This document shows, piece after piece, positions 25,505 through 37,089 of a DNA stretch of 64,000 bases. Numbering within the stretch: the first letter of the stretch is position 1; each line of letters begins with the position of its first letter. The notes beneath the pieces were generated by a model. The model saw nothing but the letters and a program-made list of their open reading frames with translations. It had not been told where the DNA came from and made no database searches. The position numbers and the translations under genes were made by a program. The stretch comes from Octopus sinensis (Eukaryota). Location: assembly GCF_006345805.1 (NCBI RefSeq), contig NC_043005.1, forward strand, positions 33,976,001 through 34,040,000, in the 5' to 3' direction.

Positions 25505-27140
25505 GCCAGACATGCATGACTGCAATCTCACTTTAGTTGCCGGGTCTTCTCAATCACAGCATACCTCCAAATGCCTTGGTCTCCAGTCATTGCCTCTGTG
25601 AGGCCCCATGTTCGAAGGTCATGCTTCACCACCTTGCCCCATGTTTTCCTGGATCTACTTCTACATTTTCCCTCCACAGTTGGGAAGTGGCACTTTGTCA
25701 CATGGCTATCCTCATCCATACATAATACATGACCATACCAGCATAGTCATCTCCCTTCCACACCACATTTGATGCTTCTTATGCCCAACTTTTCTTTCGG
25801 GGCGCTTACACTGTTGTGTATACACACTGACATTACACATCCAATGGATCATACTAGCTTCGTTTCTTTCTAGCCTACGCATGTCCTCAGTAGTCATGGC
25901 ACGTCTCACTGCCGTGTAGCATGGCAGTTCGCACACATGCATCATACAGTCTACCTTTCGTCCTGAGCGAGAGGCCCTTAGTTGCCAGCACAGTTAGGAG
26001 CTCCCTGAACTTTGCCCAGGCTATTTTTATTCTAGCTGCTACACTCTCAGAGCAGCCACCTCCACTATAGACTTGGTTGCCTCGGTAGCAGAAACTGTTA
26101 ACTACTTCTAGTTTCTTCCCCGTGGCATGTGATGGAATCTCTTGTCTGTACATTTTCAATGTTTATTGCCCCTGTGAATCTGCCGCATGCAAAAACTATT
26201 TTCCCGGTTAACCTTCCTATGACATTGCTGTACCTTTTATGGGTCTATAGCTTACACCGGGTACATCATATGGAGTTTCTACTCAAACCATTTTTACAGA
26301 TCAAGCAGGGCCATCTACCTGAAGGGGATTGTGGTTTGACAGCTTTCCTACTTATTAAGACTTTGGTTTTTGCTAGGTTGACCCTAAGGCCCTTTGATTC
26401 TACACCTTGCTTCCACACCCTAAACTTCGTCTCTAGTTCTGGCAGTGACTCGGCTATTAAGGCAAGGTCATCAGTATAGAGGAGTTCCCAGGAGCAGCAT
26501 GTCTTGAATTCCTCTGTTATTGCCTGGAGGACTATGATAAATAGGAGGGGGCTGAGGACTGATCCCTGGTGAACCCCTACTTCTACTCAGAATTCTTCAC
26601 TATACTTGTTTCCAACCCTCATCTTACTGACAGCATCCTTGTACAGCTCTTACCAAGCACTCATCCATCCCCAGTTTCCGCATCGACCACCAGATAAGGG
26701 ATCGGGGGACCCTGTCAAAGGCTTTCTCCAAGTCAACAAAAGCCAAGTACAAAGGTTTATCTTTGGCTAGATATTTCTCCTGCAGTTGCCTTACTAGAAA
26801 TATAGAATCAGTGGTGCTTCTGCCTGGCACAAAGCCAAACTGCATCTCATCTAGGCAAACTCTCTCCCTAATTAGTTGGGCTATGACCCTCTCTGTAACT
26901 CTCATCACCTGATCCAATAATTTGATACCCTTATACTTATTTCTATCTAAGGCATCACCTTTACCCTTGTAGCAGTTGACTATGGTGCTGCTAGACCAGT
27001 CATTGAGTATGAATCCTTCTTGAACTACTTGATTTACGATGCAGGTGACATAACCCACACTGCCCGATATTTTAAGCATCTCAGCAGTGATTCCTGATGG
27101 ACCAGGTGCTTTCCCTTCCTTCATATCCTTGCTTTCCCTG
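25505..27140 (-). mobile_element. RTE LINE, RT domain to ORF end (decayed)
   Basis: KAPGPSGITAEML...QFGFVPGRSTTD...AFVDLEKAFDRVPR; QGSVLSPLLF; downstream RSRKTW..VVKHDL. Confidence 0.92.
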
Positions 27141-28098
27141 TCTTCGTGAATCTTCTCAGTCAGATGGCTGCACCAGGCTCCAATCTGATCAAGCAGTTTC
27201 TACAGCTGGATGCCCTTCCTAACGCCAACCACTCCGAGAGTGTAGTGGGTGCTTTTATGTGCCACCAGCAGGAAGGCCAGTCAGGCAGTGCTGTCATCGG
27301 ACACATCAGCGAATTTGATTTCAATGTCACTTGCCTCAACAAGTCTTCGCAAGCAGAGTTTTGTGTCCAATGAAAAAAAGGTATGCATAAATGGGCTGGT
27401 TACACCACTGGCATAGGCCACAGGTTATGGTCTCACGTGGCTTGCCAGGTCTTCTTAAGCACAGCATATTTCCAAAGGTCTCGGTCACTAGTCATTGCCT
27501 CGGTGAGGCCTAATGTTCGAAGATCGTGCTTCACCACTTCATCCCAGGTCTTCCTGGGTCTACCTCTTCTACAGATTCCCTCAACTGCTATCCTCATCCA
27601 TTCTCACCACATGACCATACCAGCTCAGTCATCTCTCTTGCACACCACATCTGATGCTTCTTAGGTCCAACTTTTCTCTCAAGGCACTTACACTCTGTCG
27701 AGTATGCACACTGACATTACATATCCAACGGAGCATACTGGCTTCATTCCTTGCAAGTTTACGCATGTCCTCAACAGTCATGGCCCATGTTTTACTGCCA
27801 TATACCATGGCTGTACATACACATGCGTCATACAGTCTACCTTTTACTCTGAGTGAGAGGCCCTTTGTCACCAGCAGAGTTAGGTGCTCTCTGAACTTTA
27901 CCCAGGCTATTCTTATTCTGGCAGCTACACTTTCAGAGCATCCATCCCTGCAACAGATTTGGTCACCTCGGTAACGGAAACTGTCAACTACTTGCAGTTT
28001 TTCTTCCTGAAATGTGGCAGAAGTAGTTCTCAGCACATTTTCAGTGTTTCTTGCTCCTGAGCATCTGCCACATACAAAAACCCAGTTAGCGTTCCTTT

Positions 28099-28499
28099 AT
28101 TTACAATTGACAGCTACTTGTCCTTATCTTGTTTGTTGTTAACACGTTTCAGCTGATATAGCCTTCAGCCTTCATCTTAAGGAAATTTCGAACCTGGGTT
28201 CTCATTCCTAAGGTAATTTTTGATATTGCTGTTATTATTATTATTCGGGTCACTGCCTAGAATCAAACTCGGAATCATGGGGTTAGTATCCTGCACTCTT
28301 AACCACTACACCATATGCCTGGCATATGGCGCAGTGGTTAGGAATGAGAATCCAGGTTCGAAATTTCCCCAAGGCACCTGATGAAGGCTGGAGGGTATAT
28401 CAGCTGAAATGTGGTGTTAACAACAAACAAGAAGAGGACAAATATCCGTCAATTGTAAATAATGTACATAATTCCTCATCTCTTAAATATAGAACTGTA
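28099..28499. mobile_element. Head-to-head dimer of a tRNA-headed, hammerhead-containing short element, flanked by a 13-bp TSD
   Basis: copy 1 (-) 28319 to 28099; copy 2 (+) 28321 to 28499; TSD TTAGCGTTCCTTT (28086-28098) vs TTAGCCTTCCTTT (28500-28512). Confidence 0.8.
28373..28418 (+). ncRNA. Minimal type-I hammerhead ribozyme motif (mutated at cleavage site)
   Basis: stem I GGCAC/GTGTT, CTGATGA 28378-28384, extra A, stem II GGCTG/CAGCT, GAAA 28406-28409, TGT, N17=G. Confidence 0.65.
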
Positions 28500-30796
28500 T
28501 TAGCCTTCCTTTGATATTGCTGCACCTCTTATGTGTCCATAGCTTACACTGGGTACATCTTATAAAGTTTCTACCTTTTCTACAGATCAAGAAGAGTCAT
28601 CTACCTGAAGGGATTTGTGGTTTGTCAGCCTTCCTGCTTATTAAGACTTTAGTGTTAGCTAGGTTGACTCTAAGGCCCTTTGATTCTAATCCTTGCTTCT
28701 ACACCTGAAACTTCTCCTCTAGTTCTGATAGTGAGTCAGCAATTAGAGCAAGGTCATCAGCATAGAGGAGCTCCCTGGGGCATCCTGTCTTGAATTCCTC
28801 TGTTATTGCCTGGAGGACTATGATAAATAACAACCCTCTCTGTGACTTTCATTACCTGATCCAACAGCTTGATACCTCTGTAATTATTTGTATCTAATGT
28901 GCCACCTTGAACTTTGTAGCAGTTGACCATGGTGTTGCTACACCAGTCACTGGGTATGACTCCTTCATGTATCACCTGGTTGACTATACAGGTGACTAGG
29001 CTATAGCCAACACTGCCAGATATTTTGAGCATCTCTGCAGTGATTCCTGATGAGCTGGAGGATTGCCCTGTTTTCATACCCTTAATTGCTTTATCTACCA
29101 AGGCACTGTCAATTAGGATAGCTGGTCCTCTGTTAGGCCAGCATTCAGCAGACTCTCTTTCTCCCATTCATTCTCTTTATTTAGCAACCTTTCATAGTGG
29201 CGTCTCCATACCTCTTTCTTTGCAGCCTCGTTTAATGCAAGTGAACCATCATCCATGCGGACACATTTCTCTCCTATGACATCTCAATTCTCTCTCACAC
29301 ACTGTCTTGCAACACGAAATACCTCAAGTCTTTGGTGCTCACAGCACAGAACATTGGCAAATTTTTTCTCATCTGCTTCCCCTCTGGCTAAATAAACCTG
29401 TCTCCTAGCTTCCCTTCTGGCAGTCTGGTACCATTCCCAGCTACCACTGTTCTTCCAGTCCTTCTAAGCCTGTTTCTTTTCCCTAATGGCTCTGTCAACA
29501 ACACTGTTCCACCACCACGTTATCTTGGGTCAAGAGGGGACTTTGCACCATCCATATCTGGTCCGTGGCTGCAGGTTGTCCCGTAGAAACCTCCAGTTGA
29601 TTTCCACATCATGTAATGTTATATCCCCTTCTATTTCGTAAAAAGCTTTGAGTAATATGTCTCTGAATCTCTGTCCATTAGCAGGAATTTTAAGCTTTCA
29701 GACCCTTCTTCTCCATGCTGGTCGTCTTCTGGGCATCCATTTAGCCCTGATCCTGAAGTCGCTAACTACTAGTCTATGTTATAAAGTACATGCTTTGCCT
29801 GTAAAGGCTTTGGCATTTATAAGTAGCCACCTTTCCCTTTTCCTGGAAAGAATGTAGTGAATTTGACTAGTGTGACTACAAGACAGGTAGGTGACTAGGT
29901 GACTGGCAGGTTTCCTAAAGTTAGTATTGCAAACCATAAGATCATTTGCATCACAGAATTCCAGCAGCCTGGTTCCCTCATTACTGCAGGAACCAAAACC
30001 ATAGCCTCCATGTATGCCATGGAAGCCTCCTGCATGTTATCCAACATGTCCATTGAAATCACCAGCCACAAAGAGAAGGTCCCTGTCATTCATCAACGAG
30101 GTAGTCAGCAAGTGAGTGTCATAAAATCGGTCTTTCTCTCCATCAGGTAGCCCCAGCTGAGGGGTATAGGCCGAGATAATGCTTGCTAACCAACAATGTA
30201 GCACTAATCTAATCTTAAGTATTCTATCGCAGACTCTGACTACCTCGATTACCTTATCAACCCATTTCTCTGCAAGAAGTATACCCACACCTCTGACTCC
30301 ATCAGTGTTCCCTGCCCAGATGTTCTTGTATCTATGTTCTTTGCCTGTGAGGAGCCTAGCAGAACCTCCTCTCCACCTTACTTCTTGGATGCAGCACAAA
30401 TCTACATGTCTCTGTTCAAGCATCTCAACAATCTCACCAGACCTACCGTTGAGTGTGCTAACCCCAAAAGTGTGGGAGGTGTGGGCCCGTGTGACCCTGG
30501 GATGGAGGACAGCAGCGTTATGTACCTGAAAAGGAAGCTCGCATTTGGCAGAATTCATAAATGAACAACAGCCTTCAAACTGCATACACTACACCATCAT
30601 TTTTATGCGCTATATGATCACAACCTTATATAGGAGATAGGCCCTAAGTAGGCGTGGGGATGGCATTAAACCTTTAGAAGTGTTTATGGGAGACAACCGA
30701 AGGATGTCAGAGGATAGGAACTTCCGGAATTGGTGGTGGGAGTGGGAGGGCAGGCGCACCGCGAAACAGCAATACCGGTATTAAGAATAGCATATT

Positions 30797-31459
30797 AATT
30801 AATAGTAGATAGAATTTTTAAATTTTAGAAAATTCGGTTAGCTAATCTGTGACAAAATTAGAGAAATGACTAATTCACGATGCAACAAAAGTAAATGGAT
30901 AAATGAATGAGTGACGATAGGGTATTCATGTGAACTTAGGTTTGTTTTATAAGACGGATGACGCAAACTATGTTTACAGAACTAAGAGGGGATTATGCTC
31001 TGCACTGAAATAGAGGTGAAAGATGTACTGAATTGAAAAAAAAAACAAGATTCCTTATCTGAACAACAACATCTGGCTGGATCTGTATTCTTTTGGCAGG
31101 GTTATTGAAATGTAGTAGGAATCCGAGAGAGCAAGTTTATATAGAGTGGAATGGTGGAGGAGGGTTAGGGTTGTGATTGGAGAAGCAAGTGGTTATCGAA
31201 ACAGGGGGAGTGAGAGAGAGAGACAATGCCGGTGTTAGGATAGAACACGAGGGGGAGAGAAATAATTGTTTTGGTGTTTTTGCGAAACATAACTTTAATG
31301 AAGTAGCAAATTAATAGTAGATAGAATTTTTAAATCTTAGAAAATTCAGTCAGCCAATCTGTGACAAAATTAGAGAAATGACTAATTGACGATGCAACAA
31401 AAGTAAATAGATGAATGAATGAATGAGTGACAATAGGGTATTTGTGTAAACTTAAGTTT
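30797..31459. repeat. Pair of about 150-bp direct repeats, 512 bp apart
   Basis: AATTAATAGTAGATAGAATTTTTAAA...GAGTGACRATAGGGTATT at 30797-30943 and 31309-31459. Confidence 0.85.
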
Positions 31460-31499
<40 letters not shown>

Positions 31500-31897
31500 G
31501 CCAACCCCCTCTGCTTGCGAAGACATGTTGGGGCAAGCGAAATCGAAATCGAATTGAACCAGCCAGGATCCCTGGTCTGGTGGTACGTAAAAAGCACTAT
31601 CCGACTCGTGGCCGATGCCAGCACCGCCTCGACTGGCTTCCGTGCCGGTGGCACATAAAATACACCAATCCGACTGTGGCCGTTGCCAGCCTCACCTGGC
31701 ACCTGTGCAGGTGGCACGTAAAAAGCACCCACTACACTCACGGAGTGGTTGGCGTTAGGAAGGGCATCCAGCTGTAGAAACATTGCCAGATTAGACTGGA
31801 GCCTGGTGCAGCCTTCTGACTTCCCAGATCCCCGGTCGAACCGTCCAACCCATGCTAGCATGGAGAACGGACGTTAAACGATGATGATGATGATGAT
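31500..31897 (+). mobile_element. RTE 3' UTR copy (young)
   Basis: ends CATGCTAGCATGGAGAACGGACGTTAAAC(GAT)n. Confidence 0.88.
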
Positions 31898-31927
31898 ATA
31901 GATATATATATATACATACATATATAA

Positions 31928-33130
31928 ATATCATCATATAACAACCATTGTTCATGCTGGCATGGACTGGACAGTTTCACCAGAGGTGATAAGCTGAGGG
32001 GCTGCACCAGACTCCAGTCAGATTAGACATGGTTTCTGCAGCTGGATGCCCTTCCTAACACCAACCACTCCTAGAGTATAATGGGTGCTTTTATGTGCCA
32101 CCAGCACAGGTGCCAGTTGCATGACACCAGTATCTGCCACAACTAGAATTTCACTTGGCTTGATGGATTTTCTACTGAAGCACAGAATATTACCAGCACA
32201 GGTGCTAGTTACTCGACACCAGCATTGGCCACATAGCTTCCATGAGGCCCAACGCTCAAAATTTGCTTTTTACGTGCCAGTTACGTGACACTGGCATTGA
32301 CCACAATGATGATTTCACTTTGCTTAACGAGTCTTCTCAAACACAGCATATCACCAAAGGTGTTAGTCACTAGTCATTGCCTCTGTGAGGCCCAACGTTC
32401 AAAGATCATGCTTCACTACCTCGTTCCATGTCTTCTTGGGTCTATCCCTTCACAGGTTCCCCCTACAGTCAGAGATTGGCACTTCACACAGCTATCCTTG
32501 CCCATATGCATCGCACGACTATACCAGCACAGCTATCTCTCTTGCACACCACATCTGATGCCCAACTTTTCTCTCAAGATGCTTACAATCTGTTGTGCAT
32601 GCACAGACATTGCACATCCAGCTAAGCATGCTAGCTTCATTTCTTTCAAGCCTATGCTTGTCCTCAGCCATCACAACCCATTTCACTGCTGTATAGCATA
32701 GCTGTTCACACACAGTCTGTCTTTCACTCTGAGGGAGAGGCCCTTTGTTGCCAACAGAGGTAGGAGCTCTCTGAACTTCACCCAGCCTATTCTTATTCTC
32801 ACAGTTACACTCTTGGAGCAGCCACCTCCACTACTGATTTAGTTAACGGAAGATATCAACTACCTCTAGCTTACCCCACTGGCATTTGATGGTGTCTATT
32901 TTCTGTACACTTTTAGTGTTTATTGTACTTGTGCACCTTCCACATACAAAATACTATTTTCTCAGTTAACTTTCCTCTGCTATTGCTGCACCTCTTACAT
33001 GTCCATAGCTTGCAACAGGTATATATTACGGAGTTTCTACCTATGGCTTTTCTACAGTCAAGCAGGGCCATCTACCTGAAGGGAATTGTGATTTGTCCAC
33101 TTTCCTACTTACTAAAACTTTGGTTTATAT
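31928..33130 (-). mobile_element. RTE LINE 3' fragment
   Basis: RLERNEASMLSWMCNV and 3' UTR tail. Confidence 0.85.
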
Positions 33131-33159
33131 ACAGATATATATATCATCATCATCTTCAT

Positions 33160-33985
33160 ATATAATTTACAGTTCATGTGTTTCAACAAAATCTGCTATG
33201 GAATCTTTTGCAGTTTTAGATAAATGTTTCCCAAAATCAAATAGATACCATACTATCTTTAATAGATACACTGTGAAGGTATGATACACAAACTCCACTG
33301 ACTTAGAACAACACATACACTGCATTAATAATAGAAAAATGAACCAAGCATCGAATAACCTACCAACTGGGCTCCTAGCATATGACAGGGAAACTACTGC
33401 TGGGTCAATGAATAGAAAGAATAGCAATTATATAGAACAAAATCTGAAGAAAAGTAATACCAATCAGAATAAGCACCTGCTGCGGCCACATCAGAAAAGT
33501 AACGAAAATAGAGATATACCCTACATAGTAACAGTATCAGAAAATGAAATCAGAAGAGCCACAAATGCAACTAAATGCTCATGCAGAAAAAAAAAAAGTG
33601 TCTATTGACAAACCTCTGTAGGAGTACCAATGTTGTATATAAGTGCACCATACACACAAGAGGAGGGCCATACATTTACATTGGTGCAACGCCTGATTCA
33701 TTCAAGAACCAATATTGAAACCATGTTTCCATATCAATAAAATCAACAAGAGACACTTCACATCTTTGGCTGATTTTGTGTGGTAACTTAAGGTGGATAA
33801 GATCAAATATGATCTCACTTGGTCTCTAATAAAACATGCACAAGCATACAATGTCCTTTCCAGAAGATGCAGACTGCACTCTGAGGAACTGTTGTCCATT
33901 TTGTGGACCAATGAAAAGCTCATTAACAGAATTTCTGAAAGACTATAGAGATGCTTGCATGCTACAAAATGCACCTTGGCACAAT
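33160..33985 (+). pseudogene. Penelope-like element fragment: RT C-terminus/linker and GIY-YIG endonuclease
   Basis: LDKCFPKSNRYHTIFNRYTVKV; KCSCRKKK..CLLTNLCRSTNVVYKC...YIYIGAT..SFK; WSLIKHAQAYNVLSRRCRLHSEELLSIL...LINRISE..RCLH, all typical PLE GIY-YIG motifs, with stops and frameshifts. Confidence 0.85.
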
Positions 33986-34074
33986 TCAGTGGGGATGAAT
34001 AAGAGTAACTGTTGACGAAATTAATAACCTACAGCACCATCTTGGGAAATTTTAGTTGAACTAATCAACAGCAG

Positions 34075-34340
34075 TAATCATTCTATTGCTCTCTTTACTG
34101 AACTAAGTTATAGGGACATAAACACACCAACACTGGTTATCAAGCGGTGATGGGGGACAAACAAAGACACACACATACAAGACAGACTTCTTTCAGTTTC
34201 CGTCTACCAAATCCACTCACAGGGCTTTGGTTTGCCCAAGGCTATAGTAGAAGACACATGGCCAAGGTGTCACACAGTAGGAGTGGACCCAGAACCATAT
34301 GGTTAGAAAGCAAACTTCTTACCACACAGCTACATGTGCA

Positions 34341-34342
<2 letters not shown>
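34075..34342 (-). mobile_element. CORE-like tRNA SINE (partial)
   Basis: same family as 55705-56128. Confidence 0.8.
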
Positions 34343-34373
<31 letters not shown>

Positions 34374-34376
34374 TGT

Positions 34377-34830
34377 GGAGGCGCAATGGCCCAGTGGTTC
34401 GGGCAGCAGACTCGCGGTCATAGGATCGCAGCTTTGATTCCCAAACCGGGCATTGTGAGTGTTTATTGAGCAAAACACCCAAAGCTCCATGAGACTTCGG
34501 CAGGGGTGGTGGTGAACCCTGCTGTACTCTTTCACCACAACTTTCTCTTACTCTTTCTTCCTGTTTCTGTTGTACCTGTATTTCAAAGGGTCAACCTTGT
34601 CACACTCTGTGTCATGCTGAATCTCCCCGAGAACTATTTTAAGAGTACACGTGTCTGTGGAGTGCTCAGCCAAGCTGTATCAGCCTTTGCCTTTCCCTTA
34701 GATAACATCGGTGGCATGGAGAGGGGAGGCTGGTATGCATGGGCAACTGCTGGTCTTCCATAAACAACCTTGCCTCGAAGGGTAACTTTCTAGGTGCAAT
34801 CCCATGGTCATCAATGACCAAAGGGGGTCA
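34377..34830 (+). mobile_element. tRNA-derived SINE, third family (GGAGGCGCAATGGCCCAGTGG head)
   Basis: A box TGGCCCAGTGG, B-box-like GCTTTGATTCC; second copy at 47932-48200. Confidence 0.8.
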
Positions 34831-34942
34831 CAAAATATATATGGTGTATATCAACAAGAAAAACACTAAATGTGTTTTATAAGCTGTATCTCTCTGCAAG
34901 AGAGATACAAAACTTTTTACTTAAGTTGTTGTTAATACTTAC

Positions 34943-35086
34943 ATCAGATTTTTCTAGAACTTCTTTAATTTTAGAACGAGTCATCTTTGGTTCATAGACA
35001 GCTTCTATAAATTCACCTTCAACTTCTCCAGCTGATTTCAAAGTATTGTTCATCATAGCCATGACATGTTCATTAGTAATCACAGT
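34943..35086 (-). CDS. GON4L: GON4L exon 3 (TVITNEHVMAMM...EPKMTRSKIKEVLEKSD)
   Basis: tttcAG / GTAAGT, 144 nt, phase 0-0, conserved motif. Confidence 0.94.
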
Positions 35087-36310
35087 CTGAAATTACAAAA
35101 GTTTAAAATATTAATAATTGTTTCTAATTTAGGCACAACGTGGGCAATTAGGAAGGAAGGAGATAGTTGATAAAATTAACCCTAGTATTTGGCTGTTAAT
35201 TTATTTTATTGACCTTGAGAGGATGAAAGGTAAAGTTGACCACTGCAGGATTTCAACTCTGAACAATAAGCTAAAACATTTACTGCAAGGCATTTTCCTA
35301 ATGCTCTATGATAATTACAAAAGAATTAAGAAGATAAATTACAGTAAATATGAACTATGTATGTGTAGAACTTATTGAAAATGAGTGACAGAGTGAGTTT
35401 GTAGACACAAATCTAGATAAACAGATCCTGACAACAATTGTGAACAGACTATATCAACACAATCAATAACTGTTTAATAGAAATGATACACTGATGATGA
35501 CAATCCACAAACATTTATAATATTGGTTTCAAATTTTGGTACAAGGGCAGTAATTTCAGGTTGGGGGTAAGTCAATTACATAATAAACCTAAGTGCTCAA
35601 CCAACTGGTACTTATTTTATCAACCTGAAAGGATGAAAAGCATGTCAACATCAGTGGAATCTTAACACAGAATGTAAAGAAGGATAAAATGCTGCTAAGC
35701 ATTTTGTCAAGTGTACTACCAGTTCTGCCAGCTTGCTACCTTAACAAACGTTTATAATACTGGTTTGAGGGGAGGAGATAAGTTGGTTACATCAACCCCA
35801 GTGCTCAACTTGAACTTATTTTATCAACCCCGAAAGGATGAAAGGCAAAGTCAACCTTGGTAGAACATATAGAAGGATGATATGCCGCTAAGCATTTTGC
35901 CCAGCATGATAACAGTTCTGACTGCTTGCCACCCTCACAAACATTTATAATATTGACAAGAATTTGTATGACTAATAGGCATAGGCTTGGCTTATAGGTG
36001 CAGGTATAGTTGTGTAGCAAAAATCTGACTGAAATTTGAACTATAGCTCTCAGATTTTCCCAGTCTAGAACCATAAACTAATGTATCTCATAAAAGGCAT
36101 TAATGCCTAACATGAATATAACCCAACTGATCAATACTGGCTGACTTATGCCTGGGGTGGCAAATTTCAAAGGAAATAAGCAAATTTTACTGTTAAACAG
36201 TTTCAGTAAAGATTCTAGAACTTTTGTGTTGATAGTGATAAAATACAAGTGAATTAAACTTTTGGCATAAATCCATGTTTACACAGATCATGTTGCTTTT
36301 TCCCCATATG

Positions 36311-36393
36311 GTAGTCTCTCACTTATTCAACCTCAGACCAGAGCCTTAGATAGCTAGTGGCTCTGGCCTGAGGTTGAAGAGGTAAGAGACTAC
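36311..36393. other. Isolated 35-bp-stem hairpin in GON4L intron 2
   Basis: 31/35 matching arms, 13-nt loop. Confidence 0.85.
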
Positions 36394-36570
36394 AAGGAAA
36401 AAGCAACAAGACCTTTACAAGCTAGGGTTTGTATGGGTCATGTACACTCTGTAAAGTGATTGCCATTAGGAAGGGCACCAAGCCAAAACAGACATTGGAG
36501 CTTGACGCAGTCCTCTGGCTTATCAACTTCTGACAAATCATCCAATCCATGCCAGCATGGAAAACAGACA

Positions 36571-36642
<72 letters not shown>

Positions 36643-36902
36643 CATATACATACACACACACATTGCCTAACTAGACTGTTGATGTCAGCTGTTGTTATAT
36701 AGCCTGTTAGCCCTACCCAAGCATAACTGTAGCTTAGAGATGTTGGTTACATAGACATAAAGATATAAAGTGAAATAGTTATAACTGAGAAATGAAAGTA
36801 AATTGTAGAGAATTTACTGTCATAGCACAGTAAACACCATAGAGACTTGGGAACTTATTGCCATACAGCAATCATCACCATACAACTTTTGACATTACTT
36901 AC

Positions 36903-37089
36903 ATGAAGTATACTTTTGACATTCATTACACTGAGGTTGTTCTTGCGAGCATTCTCTTCTAGCCTCCGATCCATCTCAAATTCAAAGTCAGAACTTGAAT
37001 CAATTTCCAAATCTAATTCAGAAGATTCTGTATCTGACTTCTCAGGAGGAGGGTTTGTTGTTCTTTCAGACTTTTTACTTCTTTTGGCA
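36903..37089 (-). CDS. GON4L: GON4L exon 2 (GAKRSKK...LEENARKNNLSVMNVKSILH)
   Basis: ttttAG acceptor, CAT|GTAAGT donor, 187 nt, conserved GON4L motif. Confidence 0.93.

Larger units (their letters stand above)
27150..30620 (-). mobile_element. Near full-length RTE LINE (APE endonuclease to 3' UTR), internal RT deletion near 28820, interrupted at 28099-28499
   Basis: APE motifs LCCIQEVRWRG, SAYTPQ, GDFNGHVG (30037-30585); RT and C-terminal pieces; 3' UTR with GGAAGGGCATCC core. Confidence 0.92.

Noticed and set aside
25365-27140. Twin-priming 5' inversion of one RTE insertion
   Set aside because: The inverted piece lies at the 3' side of the minus-strand fragment, the wrong geometry, and no TSD was found.
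28245-28319. tRNA gene candidates (also heads at 34377, 47932, 55705, 58918)
   Set aside because: A/B boxes present but no complete cloverleaf or acceptor stem; each continues into a SINE body.
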